Notes: generated by a model not told the origin, from the letters alone. A DNA stretch of 64,000 bases from Bacteroidetes bacterium UBA2364 (GCA_002344075.1 DDTM01000021.1:19748-83747), one strand, 5' to 3'. Counted from the stretch's first letter, positions 54,370 through 64,000 are shown. Numbers and translations: made by a program.

Positions 54370-56076
54370 TTAGCCACGTGGTTTTTTAGGCTTTGGCAAG
54401 GGTTTATTCTTAGGCTTTGGCGCTGGGTTGGGTTTTGGGCTTTGTTCCATTGAGAGCGCTTTTCTGACTGCTTCAAATGCATTTACATAACCACCTGTTA
54501 CCGAAATCTCAGGAAGTGTTACCATCTCGTCTTCGGTTCCGGGTTTAATAACCATTTTTTTGGACTTGGTGGCGGTATCCATAATGAGCAATTTTACTTG
54601 TGCCGCCGTAAGATGCGGGAAGTAGGAGCGTAAGACAGCAGCAACACCCGAAGTGACGGGAGCAGCCATAGAAGTACCGCTGATTTCTTTGTATTTAGAG
54701 CCGGGGATGGTGGCATAGATGTTCACACCCGGTGCAAATACATCAACTTCCGTTTTGCCGAAATTTGAGAAAGAAGCAAGGGCATTTGCCCCGCCTTCCC
54801 AGTTAGATGCCCCCACTTCAATCATGTTCTTGGGACGGCGGGAGCGGTCTTTCGAGTCGTCTGGGCCAAACCAATCAACCGGAAAGTTTGGGGTTTCGTC
54901 AATATTTGCACCGTCATTTCCCGCTGCATGGACAATAAGCACGTCTTTGGATTCGGCGTATTGAATGGCCTTGTCCACCACTTCTTTTTGAGGCGAGAAG
55001 CCCTTTCCAAAGCTCATATTAATAATACTGGCGCCATTATCGACAGCATAATAAATGGCATTTGCGATGTCTTTGTCGCGTTCATCGCCATTGGGGACAG
55101 CACGCAGAACCATGATTCTGACGTTATCCGCCACGCCTTTAGTACCGAGGTTGTTGGTACGGTCTGCGGCGATAATACCAGCCACGTGTGTGCCGTGTTC
55201 GGCATCTGGGCCTTGATAGTCGTTATTACCATAACCGCGTTCATTCAGGTTGTTGGGGTCGTCTCCGACAATGCTTCGAGGATCAAACTCTAAATTGTAA
55301 AAGTAATTGGCACGTTCATTAAAATAGTCATAGCCCTCTTGAAGGTCTGCATCAATAAAGGCTTGCATTTCATCAACCGTTTTATACTCTTTTCCCGCGC
55401 CAGCTAAGTTTTCGACGATGTTCTGTCCTATAGTCACAAATTGTTTGTCTTTTGCTTCCGGTTTAAGGGCCAAGACGTTTTCGGGCGTAGGGGCTTTATT
55501 GCCCAAGAGCCGTTTCAATGTGGACATCGTGTTCGACACCATTGTCTTGGTCATCTCAATTTGGGACAGTTGGCTTTGTGCTTCTGTACGTTCGGTATTA
55601 ATCTCGGACTTGGCTGCGGCATATCGTTCACAATCAGCCTTGTCTTTTCCCTGAAGGCTGGCCACGTCTGCCTTCTCACACTTCCCCTTCAATGCAACCA
55701 CAAAGCGGGTGATCTCGCCCGTGTCAAAGCTTACGTTGCGTCCATCTTTCCCACCCAGAAAACTCCAGCCATGTATATCATCCACATAGCCATTTTCATC
55801 GTCATCTTTACCGTTTCCGGGGATTTCTTTCGCATTGACCCAGAGTACAGACTTTAAATCTTCGTGGTTCACGTCCACACCGGAGTCTATAACAGCCACC
55901 ACAACTGTTTTGCCAGTGCGGCCTTTTAGTAATTCTTGATACATTCGTTCGGTGGATACACCAGGTACTTTATCCGTTTCGGGGTCTAAATTGTACCAAT
56001 TGGTTGGTGCTTGGGCCTGAACTGATCCTCCTGCAAACAACACGAGCAAGCATAATGAGTGGAAATATTTTTTCAT
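54370..56076 (-). CDS. S8 family (subtilisin-like) serine peptidase
   Basis: Catalytic triad contexts VAVIDSGVDVNHEDL (Asp), HGTHVAGIIAA (His) and GTSMAAPVTSG (Ser). It has a signal peptide and a Lys/Pro-rich C-terminal tail. Confidence 0.9.
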   Translation of the reverse strand: MKKYFHSLCLLVLFAGGSVQAQAPTNWYNLDPETDKVPGVSTERMYQELLKGRTGKTVVVAVIDSGVDVNHEDLKSVLWVNAKEIPGNGKDDDENGYVDDIHGWSFLGGKDGRNVSFDTGEITRFVVALKGKCEKADVASLQGKDKADCERYAAAKSEINTERTEAQSQLSQIEMTKTMVSNTMSTLKRLLGNKAPTPENVLALKPEAKDKQFVTIGQNIVENLAGAGKEYKTVDEMQAFIDADLQEGYDYFNERANYFYNLEFDPRSIVGDDPNNLNERGYGNNDYQGPDAEHGTHVAGIIAADRTNNLGTKGVADNVRIMVLRAVPNGDERDKDIANAIYYAVDNGASIINMSFGKGFSPQKEVVDKAIQYAESKDVLIVHAAGNDGANIDETPNFPVDWFGPDDSKDRSRRPKNMIEVGASNWEGGANALASFSNFGKTEVDVFAPGVNIYATIPGSKYKEISGTSMAAPVTSGVAAVLRSYFPHLTAAQVKLLIMDTATKSKKMVIKPGTEDEMVTLPEISVTGGYVNAFEAVRKALSMEQSPKPNPAPKPKNKPLPKPKKPRG

Positions 56077-56331
56077 AAGACGCGAATAGAATAGTTATAA
56101 AAAGAAACGGTAGGACGCAGCGTAACCGTTTAAGTTTCTTTCCCAGCGGAATTTCGGCGGTTTCATAATTGGCGGAAACTTCAAGCCCCGTCTCACCGGA
56201 ATCGGCTACAATGGTCTTTTGTTCTGTGTGCAAACGCCCAAAGGTTTTGCGGTATTGTATTGGCGGCAGAATGTTTCTTTTGTAGAAAGAAAAAAATTAT
56301 TGTAAGATAAATGTAAACAAGTATTAATACG

Positions 56332-57594
56332 ATGCAATTATTCCCTGCACATGCTCTAAAGGGTGAAGTTTGGCTACCAGCGGACAAGTCTGTTTCGCAG
56401 CGAGCAGCCCTTTTTGCGGCCCTTGGAGAAGGGGTTTCCACCCTCCACGGCTATGCTACAGCCGCAGATCCACAGTCTATGCTTTCTTGTATCCGGCAAT
56501 TGGGTATAAAAATAGAAAACACGCCCGATGGGGCCATTCTGGTACATGGTAAAGGGTTGAGTGGGTTTGAAAAACCGGATAACCCGTTGGATTGTGGCAA
56601 TTCTGGTACGGCAATGCGGTTTTTGGCGGGCGTTTTGGCAGGACAACCATTCGATTCGATACTGATAGGGGATGCGTCACTGTCCCGTCGTCCGATGGCA
56701 CGAGTGGCCAATCCGCTGAGAGAAATGGGTGCTTCAATTGAATTGACGGACGGTCATGCCCCTATTTTTATCAAGGGGAATCCGGCATTGCGCGGAATTC
56801 GCTATGAAATGCCTGTGGCTTCGGCTCAGGTTAAAAGTTGTGTTTTGTTGGCGGGATTATTTGCTGAGGGCCAGACAGAAGTTGTGGAAAAAGTGCCCAC
56901 CCGTGATCACACCGAGCGTATGCTGGGTATCCAGAACAATCATGGCCGGCTGAAGGTAGAAGGCGGGCGGCCTATTTTGGCGCAAGCATACCATATTCCC
57001 CGTGATTTCTCGGCAGCCGCGTTTTTTATGGTCGCTGCTTCCATTGTACCTAGCAGCGAGTTACGCCTGCCACAAGTGGGGTTAAACCCGTCTAGAACCG
57101 GATTGTTGGACGTTTTGCGGCAAATGGGGGCAGATATTGTTTTGGAAAACGAGCGCCAAACGAGTGGCGAACCCGTTGCCGATATGCGGATTCGCACGGC
57201 TAAGCTACGGGGAGTTTCGCTCGATGGGGCCGTTATTGCCAATATAATAGACGAAATTCCAATTCTTGCCGTAGCTGCGACACAAGCCGAGGGGATCACT
57301 GAAATTCGTGGGGCCGAAGAATTGCGTGTAAAAGAAACAGATCGGATTGCGGCTATGGTCACAAACCTTCGCAAATTGGGAGCCAAAGTAGAAGAATGGC
57401 CAGATGGGATGCGCATAACTGGTGGATATAAACTCAAAGGTACGACCGTGGAGGCTTTTCTTGATCACCGCATCGCGATGAGCATGGGTATTGCTGCCTT
57501 TGTTGCCGACGGACCCACAGAGATTTTAGAAGCCCATCATGCTGCTGTCTCGTTCCCCGATTTTTGGGATCAACTTGCACACATACGAAAATAA
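56332..57594 (+). CDS. aroA: 3-phosphoshikimate 1-carboxyvinyltransferase (EPSP synthase)
   Basis: LPADKSVSQRAALFAAL, LDCGNSGTAMRFLAGVLA, and RVKETDRIAAM near the C-terminus. Confidence 0.9.
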   Translation: MQLFPAHALKGEVWLPADKSVSQRAALFAALGEGVSTLHGYATAADPQSMLSCIRQLGIKIENTPDGAILVHGKGLSGFEKPDNPLDCGNSGTAMRFLAGVLAGQPFDSILIGDASLSRRPMARVANPLREMGASIELTDGHAPIFIKGNPALRGIRYEMPVASAQVKSCVLLAGLFAEGQTEVVEKVPTRDHTERMLGIQNNHGRLKVEGGRPILAQAYHIPRDFSAAAFFMVAASIVPSSELRLPQVGLNPSRTGLLDVLRQMGADIVLENERQTSGEPVADMRIRTAKLRGVSLDGAVIANIIDEIPILAVAATQAEGITEIRGAEELRVKETDRIAAMVTNLRKLGAKVEEWPDGMRITGGYKLKGTTVEAFLDHRIAMSMGIAAFVADGPTEILEAHHAAVSFPDFWDQLAHIRK

Positions 57595-57601
57595 TACGGT
57601 C

Positions 57602-59995
57602 ATGTACAGTCCACGCTTGTCTTTCTGGTTGTTTATTCTTTGCTTCCTTTGTCTTGGGCCACAAGGAATGCAGGCACAAGGTCGGGTCGTGGTGAGTGGC
57701 TATGTCTCGGATGCGGATTCCGGTGAGCGGCTGATAGGGGCAAGCGTTTATGTGAAGGCGCTGAAAATAGGAACGGTGAGCAATCGGTATGGTTTTTTTA
57801 GCTTGGCGGTTCCGAAGGATTCGCTGGTTTTAGTGATCAGTTTTGTGGGTTACCAAAGCCGATTTTTGGCCATTCATCCGATGGATGCCCTAAAGTTAGA
57901 TGTAAAGTTAATGCCTGATACCAGCACTGACGAAGTTGAGGTTACCGCACAAGGTCGTTCCGGCGTGGAATCTGCGGAAACAAGTACCATCGAGATTTCG
58001 ATCCAGCAAATCAAAGCACTTCCTGCATTGATGGGCGAAACGGATGTTATCAAGGCGCTACAACTTATGCCCGGCGTACAGTCTGGTTCAGAGGGCAGCA
58101 CGGGGTTATATGTACGTGGTGGTGGGCCTGATCAGAACCTCATTCTGGTGGATGACACGCCGGTTTATAATGTCAGCCACTTATTTGGCTTTTTTTCGGT
58201 ATTCAATTCCGACGCCATCCAATCGGTTACGCTTTCAAAAGGGGGATTTCCTGCGCGGTATGGGGGGCGTTTGTCATCGGTGGTGGATATTACCCTGAAA
58301 GAAGGTCATTTACGGGAGTGGAAAACGGAAGGCTCGGTGGGCATTGTAGCCGCAAAATGGGCAGTACAAGGGCCTATTCTACAGGACAAAATGAGCCTTT
58401 TTATTTCGGCGCGGCGCACCTATATAGACGCCTTGGCGCGTCCGATACTTAGACGGTTATCCGCCAATGATGCCGATCGGGAAGTGGAAAGTGGCTACTA
58501 TTTTTATGACCTAAATGCCAAGTGGAATTGGATCCCCTCGTCCAAAGACCGCTTGTTTATAAGTTGGTATAGCGGAAAAGACGCTTTCTATCTCGATCAA
58601 AAGCAATTATTTAATCAACGAAGGAATGAAAATCGTCTGCAAGTAGGGATGGATTGGGGAAACGTAGCGGCCTCGTTCCGGTGGAATCATCTATTTAATA
58701 ACCGATTGTTTGCCAATACAGCCATTACGCTAAGCCAATATGCACTGAAGGCGGAGTATGCCGAGTCGGACTATGCACTCCAGACGCCACAAAACCGTAA
58801 CGCATATGCAGCACAGTATTCTTCCGGTATTCGAGACTGGCGGCTTAAAACAGACTGGGATTGGTCGGTTCATCCGCGTCATGCTGCTCGGTTTGGTGCA
58901 GTGACCACCCGTCATCGCTTTGTTCCTGCCGTAGCCCAAGTTTCGATTCAGGAAGGGGCTTCGTCTCCAATTGAAACGGAATTTAAGCCGCAGGCCGAGA
59001 AACTCTTTAGTACGGAAGCTGCTCTATTCGCAGAGGACGACTGGCAGGTCTCGGAAAAACTGCGCATCAATGGCGGCCTACATGTGGCAGGATATTGGGC
59101 GGGTAAGCAAGCCTTTTTTTCGATACAACCACGGGTTTCTGGTCGGTTCAAGGTGGGGCGATACGCCCTGAAAGCCTCATTTGCACGGGTTCAGCAGCCT
59201 TTGCACTTGTTAACAACCAGTAGTATTGGATTGCCCACCGATTTGTGGCTCCCAGCAACGGCAAAGGTGCCACCATCCGAGGCCACACAATCCGCGCTCG
59301 GTATCGTTCGCGAGTGGGTAGGCTGGGAAGCAACGATCGAGGCTTATTATAAACCGATTAAAGGCATTGTGGAGTATAAACCCGGAGCCAACTTTGTAAA
59401 CCAACCCGCCTTAGACTGGCAGGAAAAGGTGGTAGTGGGCAGTGGACTTTCTCGGGGCATTGAGTTTTTTTTACAAAAAACATCTGGGAAAACAATGGGT
59501 TGGGTAGGCTATTCTTTGGCTCGTAGTACTAGGAAGTTTAAAGACTTAAATGAGGGCAAGCCCTTTCCATATCGTTACGACCGCCTACATGATGTGGTCT
59601 TGATGCTACACCATAAACTAAATGCCCATATTGAGTTTTCGGGTACTTGGGTTTATGGTACAGGCAATGCCCTTACACTGGCCATCTCGCAGGTAGCTGG
59701 CGCAAACAGGCCTTGGGAGGGCAATGGACTTTATACCTATTATGGCAGTAGAAACAGCTACCGGATGTCGCCGTTTCACCGGATGGATGTTGCGGCAAAC
59801 TTTAATAAAACATTGAAAATAAAAGGTATGAGAAATCTGTCTCGGACCATTTCTACCAGCTTCTACAATGTATATAACCGAAAGAATGCTTTCTTTATCT
59901 ACGAAGGAGAAGACCCAGTTACCCTCCGGAAATCCTTTCGACAGGCCAGTTTATTCCCGATCATTCCGTCTGTTGCATATGCCTTTCGATTCTGA
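57602..59995 (+). CDS. TonB-dependent receptor with N-terminal carboxypeptidase-regulatory-like domain
   Basis: The start is chosen at MYSPRLSFWLFILCFLCLG (ATG at 57602); the longer ORF would overlap aroA. It has a CarboxypepD_reg-like segment (VSGYVSDADSGERLIGASVYV), a plug (GLYVRGGGPDQNLILVDDTPVYN) and a terminal aromatic residue (AYAFRF). Confidence 0.85.
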   Translation: MYSPRLSFWLFILCFLCLGPQGMQAQGRVVVSGYVSDADSGERLIGASVYVKALKIGTVSNRYGFFSLAVPKDSLVLVISFVGYQSRFLAIHPMDALKLDVKLMPDTSTDEVEVTAQGRSGVESAETSTIEISIQQIKALPALMGETDVIKALQLMPGVQSGSEGSTGLYVRGGGPDQNLILVDDTPVYNVSHLFGFFSVFNSDAIQSVTLSKGGFPARYGGRLSSVVDITLKEGHLREWKTEGSVGIVAAKWAVQGPILQDKMSLFISARRTYIDALARPILRRLSANDADREVESGYYFYDLNAKWNWIPSSKDRLFISWYSGKDAFYLDQKQLFNQRRNENRLQVGMDWGNVAASFRWNHLFNNRLFANTAITLSQYALKAEYAESDYALQTPQNRNAYAAQYSSGIRDWRLKTDWDWSVHPRHAARFGAVTTRHRFVPAVAQVSIQEGASSPIETEFKPQAEKLFSTEAALFAEDDWQVSEKLRINGGLHVAGYWAGKQAFFSIQPRVSGRFKVGRYALKASFARVQQPLHLLTTSSIGLPTDLWLPATAKVPPSEATQSALGIVREWVGWEATIEAYYKPIKGIVEYKPGANFVNQPALDWQEKVVVGSGLSRGIEFFLQKTSGKTMGWVGYSLARSTRKFKDLNEGKPFPYRYDRLHDVVLMLHHKLNAHIEFSGTWVYGTGNALTLAISQVAGANRPWEGNGLYTYYGSRNSYRMSPFHRMDVAANFNKTLKIKGMRNLSRTISTSFYNVYNRKNAFFIYEGEDPVTLRKSFRQASLFPIIPSVAYAFRF

Positions 59996-60012
59996 TTAAA
60001 TGTTTTTTGAAA

Positions 60013-60288
60013 TCAGGAAGTCGGCTTGTTAAGTTCATTTTTTAAAAAAGAAAGTGTATGTGCCACTAGTTCCGGTTGTGGCTTTGGCGGTGCAGTATCA
60101 TGTAGTAACGCAATGACGGCTTTGTATTGCGCTAAATATACACGACAGTTCCGGCATAAACGCATATGTTGTTCAAATCGCCACTTCAAATCCTCATCAA
60201 GGGCGTTTTCTACATAATCGGTTAAAAATTGATGGGCTTCTTTACAGTTCAGATTAATGCCCAGCCAGTATTTAAGTGTTTGTATCAT
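60013..60288 (-). CDS. Zinc-finger (zf-HC2 type) anti-sigma factor
   Basis: C-x2-H ... C-x2-C pattern (CKEAHQFLTDYVEN ... HMRLCRNCRVYL). It overlaps the sigma gene by 17 nt. Confidence 0.7.
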   Translation of the reverse strand: MIQTLKYWLGINLNCKEAHQFLTDYVENALDEDLKWRFEQHMRLCRNCRVYLAQYKAVIALLHDTAPPKPQPELVAHTLSFLKNELNKPTS

Positions 60289-60943
60289 AATGGATTAGTA
60301 GGTTTCGGAGGGCATTTCGGGCGCGGTGCAGGCGGACACGTAAATTCCCTTCTGTGATTTCCAGCATCCGGGCCACTTCGTCCATTGGTAGTTCTTCAAG
60401 GTCGCGCAAGGTGATGGCAAGGCGGTAGTCCTCTGGTAGCCGTTCGATGGCTTCATATAAAATACGGATTTGCTCCTTTCGGATCAGCCCTCGTTCCGGA
60501 TTCCAAAGGGGGTATTCTGCTATTGCATGCCCTTGTTCATCAAAACGGGGCTGGAGCACCTCTATATCTGCCTCGTCCATAAGGTCGGTACGGATGGATC
60601 TGCGAAGGCTTGCACGTGCCAAATTAATCCCGATCGCACAAAGCCAAGTGGAAAACAACGATTCGCCCCTGAAGTTTTCTACCTTTCGGAGTGCCTGAAG
60701 GAAGGTTTCTTGTACCAAATTTTGTACCTCGTCTGGGTCACGTACCAATCGGGCTATACACCGATATAACTTGGGCGTTTCTTCCAGAACCATTTGGGTT
60801 AATATCCCTTCGTCTCTCTGGCGGAGCAATTCCAAATAGTTAGGGTTTTCGGTATAGGATTTTGTTACACGCAAAAAAATCAGGGTTAGGGTGGAGGTCG
60901 TTTGGGAGTAAACTAACCATAAAATATGCCTCCGAAAAACCAA
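60272..60943 (-). CDS. ECF-type RNA polymerase sigma-70 factor (start uncertain)
   Basis: Region 2 (VQNLVQETFLQALRKVENFRGESLFSTWLCAIGINLA) and region 4 (YRLAITLRDLEELPMDEVARMLEITEGNLRVRLHRAR). The TTG at 60943 lies inside the dxs terminator, so the true start is probably internal (e.g. TTG at 60874). Confidence 0.8.
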   Translation of the reverse strand: MVFRRHILWLVYSQTTSTLTLIFLRVTKSYTENPNYLELLRQRDEGILTQMVLEETPKLYRCIARLVRDPDEVQNLVQETFLQALRKVENFRGESLFSTWLCAIGINLARASLRRSIRTDLMDEADIEVLQPRFDEQGHAIAEYPLWNPERGLIRKEQIRILYEAIERLPEDYRLAITLRDLEELPMDEVARMLEITEGNLRVRLHRARNALRNLLIHYDTNT

Positions 60944-60969
60944 AAGAAGCCACCGAATGTCGGTGGCTT
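60935..60969 (-). terminator. Rho-independent terminator of dxs
   Basis: Minus strand: a perfect 9-bp stem AAGCCACCG-ACATT-CGGTGGCTT followed by CTTTTGGTTTTT. Confidence 0.75.
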
Positions 60970-61000
60970 GGGAGTCTATTTTAGCAAAGTCTAATTAAAA

Positions 61001-62938
61001 TTATGCGTTCATGGATTGGTGTTGACGGATAAACGCTAAGGTCTGGCGGGCAATTCCCTGTGGATCAAGCCCCGCTTCCGCATATAGCTCATTTTGGGTA
61101 CCATGTTCTACAAATGTATCCGGAAGGCCCAGTCGCAAAACATCGGCTTTATAGCCATGGTCGGACATCCACTCTAATACAGCGCTTCCGGCGCCTCCTT
61201 GTATCACGCCATCTTCGATGGTCACCACTACATCAAACATTGTAAAAACCTCCTCCAGCAGCGCCTGATCCAAAGGCTTCACAAACCGTAAGTCATAATG
61301 CGCCGCGTCAATACCAGCCTCTTGCAAGTGCTTACGTGCTATGGATACTGACTGCCCGATAGCGCCATAACTCAAAATGGCTACATCGGCGCCGCCTGTC
61401 ACTTTGCGTCCAGTACCAATGGGTATTTCTACGAAAGGCCCAATGCCCTCGTCGGAGGTTCCACCACGGGGGTATCGGATTGCGTAAGGGCCTTTGGCGT
61501 GTAAACTGGCCGAGAACATGAGGTTGCGTAGGTCTTGTGCCTCCATTGGTGCAGCCACCACCATGTTTTGTACGCATCTTAAATACGGAATATCCAAAGC
61601 GCCATGGTGCGTGGCACCGTCTGCCCCCACGAGACCGGATCGGTCCATACAGAAGACAACTGGAAGGTCTTGTAGGGCCACGTCATGGATGATCCCGTCG
61701 TAGGCGCGTTGTAGAAAACTGGAATAGATGGCCACGAACGGTTTCAAGCCTTGTGTAGCCATTCCGGCGGCTTCAACCACGGCGTGCATCTCCGCAATTC
61801 CTACATCGAATGCCCGATGAGGCATCTGTTTCATCATTTTGCTCAAGCCTGTTCCGCTGGGCATTGCCGCCGTAATCCCCACTATTTTAGGATCTTGTTT
61901 GGCCAACTCAAGGATGGCGTCCCCAAAGACATCTTGCCAGTTGGGTATCTTACGTTTTCCAGGATCCGGTTTAACCAAAGATTCGCCCGTGAGTTTGTCG
62001 AAGGGTGAACTTTGGGCGTGCCACTTCAGTTGGTCTTGTTCGGCGGGTGCAAAACCCTTGCCTTTAACCGTCATACAGTGGAGCAGGATAGGGCCTTTAA
62101 GGTCTTTTAGATCGTCTAAAATTTTAGCGAGTTGGACCACGTCGTGGCCATCCACAGGACCAAAATAGCGAAAGCCGAGGGCCTCAAAAAGGCCTCCGGG
62201 TGTGAGTGCGGCTTTCATGCCGTTTTCAATGCGTCCGATAAAGCGCTGCATGGTTCCGCCTCCTTTTCCTTTCATTCTTTCGAGAAAGTCCCAAACCTCA
62301 TCGCGGAGGGTATTCCAGCCTTTTCCGGCGGTAATCTCGGCTAAGTATTCGTTTAAAGCGCCCACATTGGGGTCTATGGACATCCGGTTGTCGTTCAAGA
62401 TGACAAGCAGATCCGATTTAGCCGTTCCCGCATTATTCAGCCCTTCAAACGCCAAACCGCCTGTCATAGAGCCGTCGCCAATAATCGCCACTACTTTTTG
62501 GTCTGTCTCGGTAATGTCACGGGCTTTAGCCATGCCGAGTGCAGCCGAGATGGAGGTGGACGCATGACCTACACCAAATGTGTCGTACTCCGACTCTGAC
62601 CTTTTGGGGAAGCCCGAAATGCCTTGGTATTTACGGTTGGTGTGGAAGACATCTCTTCGGCCAGTGAGAATTTTATGTCCATAGGCTTGATGTCCAACAT
62701 CCCACACAATCTGATCTTTTGGGGTTCGATAAACATAATGAAGCGCGACGGTGAGTTCTACCACGCCAAGGGAAGCCGCAAAGTGCCCCCCATGTACCGA
62801 AATGATGTCTATGATGTATTCCCGCAATTCCTCGGCCACTTGGGGCAATTTTTCGACGGGCAGTGCTCGCAAGATATGCGGAAAATCAATTTGGGTAAGT
62901 AGGGGGCCAGGAGTATGGGTAATTTGGGGTTCGTTCAT
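61001..62938 (-). CDS. dxs: 1-deoxy-D-xylulose-5-phosphate synthase
   Basis: The start is chosen at MNEPQITHTPGPLLTQIDFP (ATG at 62938). Motifs: GGHFAASLGVVELTVALHYV, GHASTSISAALGMA and IGDGSMTGGLAFEGLN. The ATGA overlap with xseB recalls the xseB-(ispA)-dxs arrangement known in E. coli. Confidence 0.95.
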   Translation of the reverse strand: MNEPQITHTPGPLLTQIDFPHILRALPVEKLPQVAEELREYIIDIISVHGGHFAASLGVVELTVALHYVYRTPKDQIVWDVGHQAYGHKILTGRRDVFHTNRKYQGISGFPKRSESEYDTFGVGHASTSISAALGMAKARDITETDQKVVAIIGDGSMTGGLAFEGLNNAGTAKSDLLVILNDNRMSIDPNVGALNEYLAEITAGKGWNTLRDEVWDFLERMKGKGGGTMQRFIGRIENGMKAALTPGGLFEALGFRYFGPVDGHDVVQLAKILDDLKDLKGPILLHCMTVKGKGFAPAEQDQLKWHAQSSPFDKLTGESLVKPDPGKRKIPNWQDVFGDAILELAKQDPKIVGITAAMPSGTGLSKMMKQMPHRAFDVGIAEMHAVVEAAGMATQGLKPFVAIYSSFLQRAYDGIIHDVALQDLPVVFCMDRSGLVGADGATHHGALDIPYLRCVQNMVVAAPMEAQDLRNLMFSASLHAKGPYAIRYPRGGTSDEGIGPFVEIPIGTGRKVTGGADVAILSYGAIGQSVSIARKHLQEAGIDAAHYDLRFVKPLDQALLEEVFTMFDVVVTIEDGVIQGGAGSAVLEWMSDHGYKADVLRLGLPDTFVEHGTQNELYAEAGLDPQGIARQTLAFIRQHQSMNA

Positions 62939-63156
62939 AAAGTTGAGGGATGGACTTCGGAAGGTTGAAGCGATAGTTTTTCGATACGCAATTGGGCCTC
63001 CTGTAAGCGGGCTTCGCAAAAGTGTGCTAATGACAAGCCTTCTTCGTATAGCGACAAGGCTTCTTCTAGTGGAACCGGTTGCTCTAAGGTGCGCACGATT
63101 TGTTCTAAAGATTGGATCGCTTCGCTAAAGGTGTGTTCGGACAATCGTTGGGACAT
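62935..63156 (-). CDS. xseB: Exodeoxyribonuclease VII small subunit
   Basis: 73 aa, with FSEAIQSLEQIVRTLEQPVPLEEALSLYEEGLSLAHFCEARLQEAQLRIEKL. Confidence 0.85.
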   Translation of the reverse strand: MSQRLSEHTFSEAIQSLEQIVRTLEQPVPLEEALSLYEEGLSLAHFCEARLQEAQLRIEKLSLQPSEVHPSTL

Positions 63157-63407
63157 AGCTTGTCGGGGTAATCATTGGCTTGGGAAGGCAGCGCGAGTGG
63201 CGTTTTTGATAGGAGGCATTCCGCAAAAACATGGGCGATAAAACGAATGCCAACAAGATTTGTTCACCGTGCGCGGTACTTCTTGTGTAAAAAATACAGA
63301 AAATTGCGCCATTAAAGCGAAGCGTTTCCTTTCTGATAGATCAATTTCGGATAAAGTCTGGGAGAAAGCAAGTGTGGCACTGGTCTTGGTCTATACAAAA
63401 CCACCTT

Positions 63408-64000
63408 TTAACGATCTTGTGACACCTCGTTAACCACAACCGCTACCGATCCATCCAGAAACCGTAAGGTGAGAAGTTGTTGAGGATGGGTTTCGTTGGC
63501 CCTCAAGAGTAGCGTTTGGTCCCTAAAGACTTGTACATAGCCCCGTTTTAGTGGCGCGTTCGGGTCGAGTTGCTGTAATTGTCCTTCTCTAAGTTGGAGG
63601 GAGGTTCGGGCCTGTTGTACCTGAAGTTGAGTGGTACGCAATAATTGCCGTTTGATTTCTATGAGGCGGCGCAATTGTTCTTCCAACATCATACGCGGAC
63701 GGTTTAGTGCATATGATCCGCGAAGGTTTCGTAAACGCTCTTGTTCCACTTCCAATTTGCGTAAGGTACGATTTTTAATCGTGTATCTAAGATTGGCAAT
63801 AATCTGTAATACTTCACGCTGGTCCGGCGTTGCGAGTTCTGCCGCATTGGAAGGAGTTGCTGCACGCACATCGGCCACAAAATCAGCGATGGTCACATCT
63901 GTTTCATGCCCAACCGCACTGATAATAGGGATGGTGCTGTGATAGATGGCCCGTGCTACCACTTCTTCATTAAATGCCCAAAGATCCTCGATACTCCCAC
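63408..64000 (-). CDS. xseA: Exodeoxyribonuclease VII large subunit, 3' part (5' end outside the window)
   Basis: The frame stays open to base 64000 (...[54 protein letters not shown]), followed by the C-terminal coiled-coil region. Confidence 0.9.
   Translation of the reverse strand, partial: GSIEDLWAFNEEVVARAIYHSTIPIISAVGHETDVTIADFVADVRAATPSNAAELATPDQREVLQIIANLRYTIKNRTLRKLEVEQERLRNLRGSYALNRPRMMLEEQLRRLIEIKRQLLRTTQLQVQQARTSLQLREGQLQQLDPNAPLKRGYVQVFRDQTLLLRANETHPQQLLTLRFLDGSVAVVVNEVSQDR

Noticed and set aside
1-64000. Search by eye for tRNA/rRNA genes, CRISPR repeats, IS elements, integrases, phage genes, toxin-antitoxin pairs and known defence-system genes.
   Set aside because: I saw no T-loop/anticodon-arm patterns and no regularly spaced direct repeats. 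I saw no transposase or recombinase motifs, and no terminal inverted repeats flanking any segment. The YwqK-like MORN lipoprotein is not accompanied by a toxin gene.

Overview
This 64-kb window looks like a chromosomal segment from an FCB-group bacterium (Bacteroidota / Rhodothermota / Chlorobiota-Ignavibacteriota type). That placement is an inference from three things: three proteins end in a T9SS (Por) C-terminal sorting domain, there is a BlaR1-TonB fusion, and the TonB C-domains carry a GGGCDEE motif. I call about 46 protein-coding genes and one decayed pseudogene. I recognised no rRNA, tRNA, CRISPR array, transposase or integrase. Housekeeping genes are coaX, aroA, dxs, xseB, xseA (partial), a YqgE/AlgH-family gene and a mannose-1-phosphate guanylyltransferase. 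Accessory content is: a blaI / blaR1-TonB sensor pair plus a truncated paralog; a tetR-tolC-MFP-RND efflux operon; a divergent surface-glycan locus; a 2114-aa thioester alpha-2-macroglobulin; M16 and S8 peptidases; and an ECF sigma/anti-sigma pair. The observations I rank highest are these. (1) Two adjacent T9SS cargo genes (18194-25576): a 1856-aa modular giant carrying both a dockerin and a cohesin-like module, next to a second cohesin-like protein. (2) A four-gene minus-strand cluster (5297-7802) combining a T9SS-secreted CxxCH protein, a Tat-exported Rieske protein, a His-rich 4-TM protein and YceI. (3) A small protein with a polybasic Ser/Thr/Arg tail upstream of an ArsA/Get3-like ATPase with an HSP20-like C-terminus (49450-51120). 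(4) A 240-bp patch of about 23% GC inside an otherwise intact glycosyltransferase gene. (5) An RND pump with roughly 200 extra residues of predicted transmembrane helices. (6) An orphan terminator that marks a possible sRNA or 30-aa peptide gene. All family assignments rest on motifs read by eye from the translations. No database search was run.
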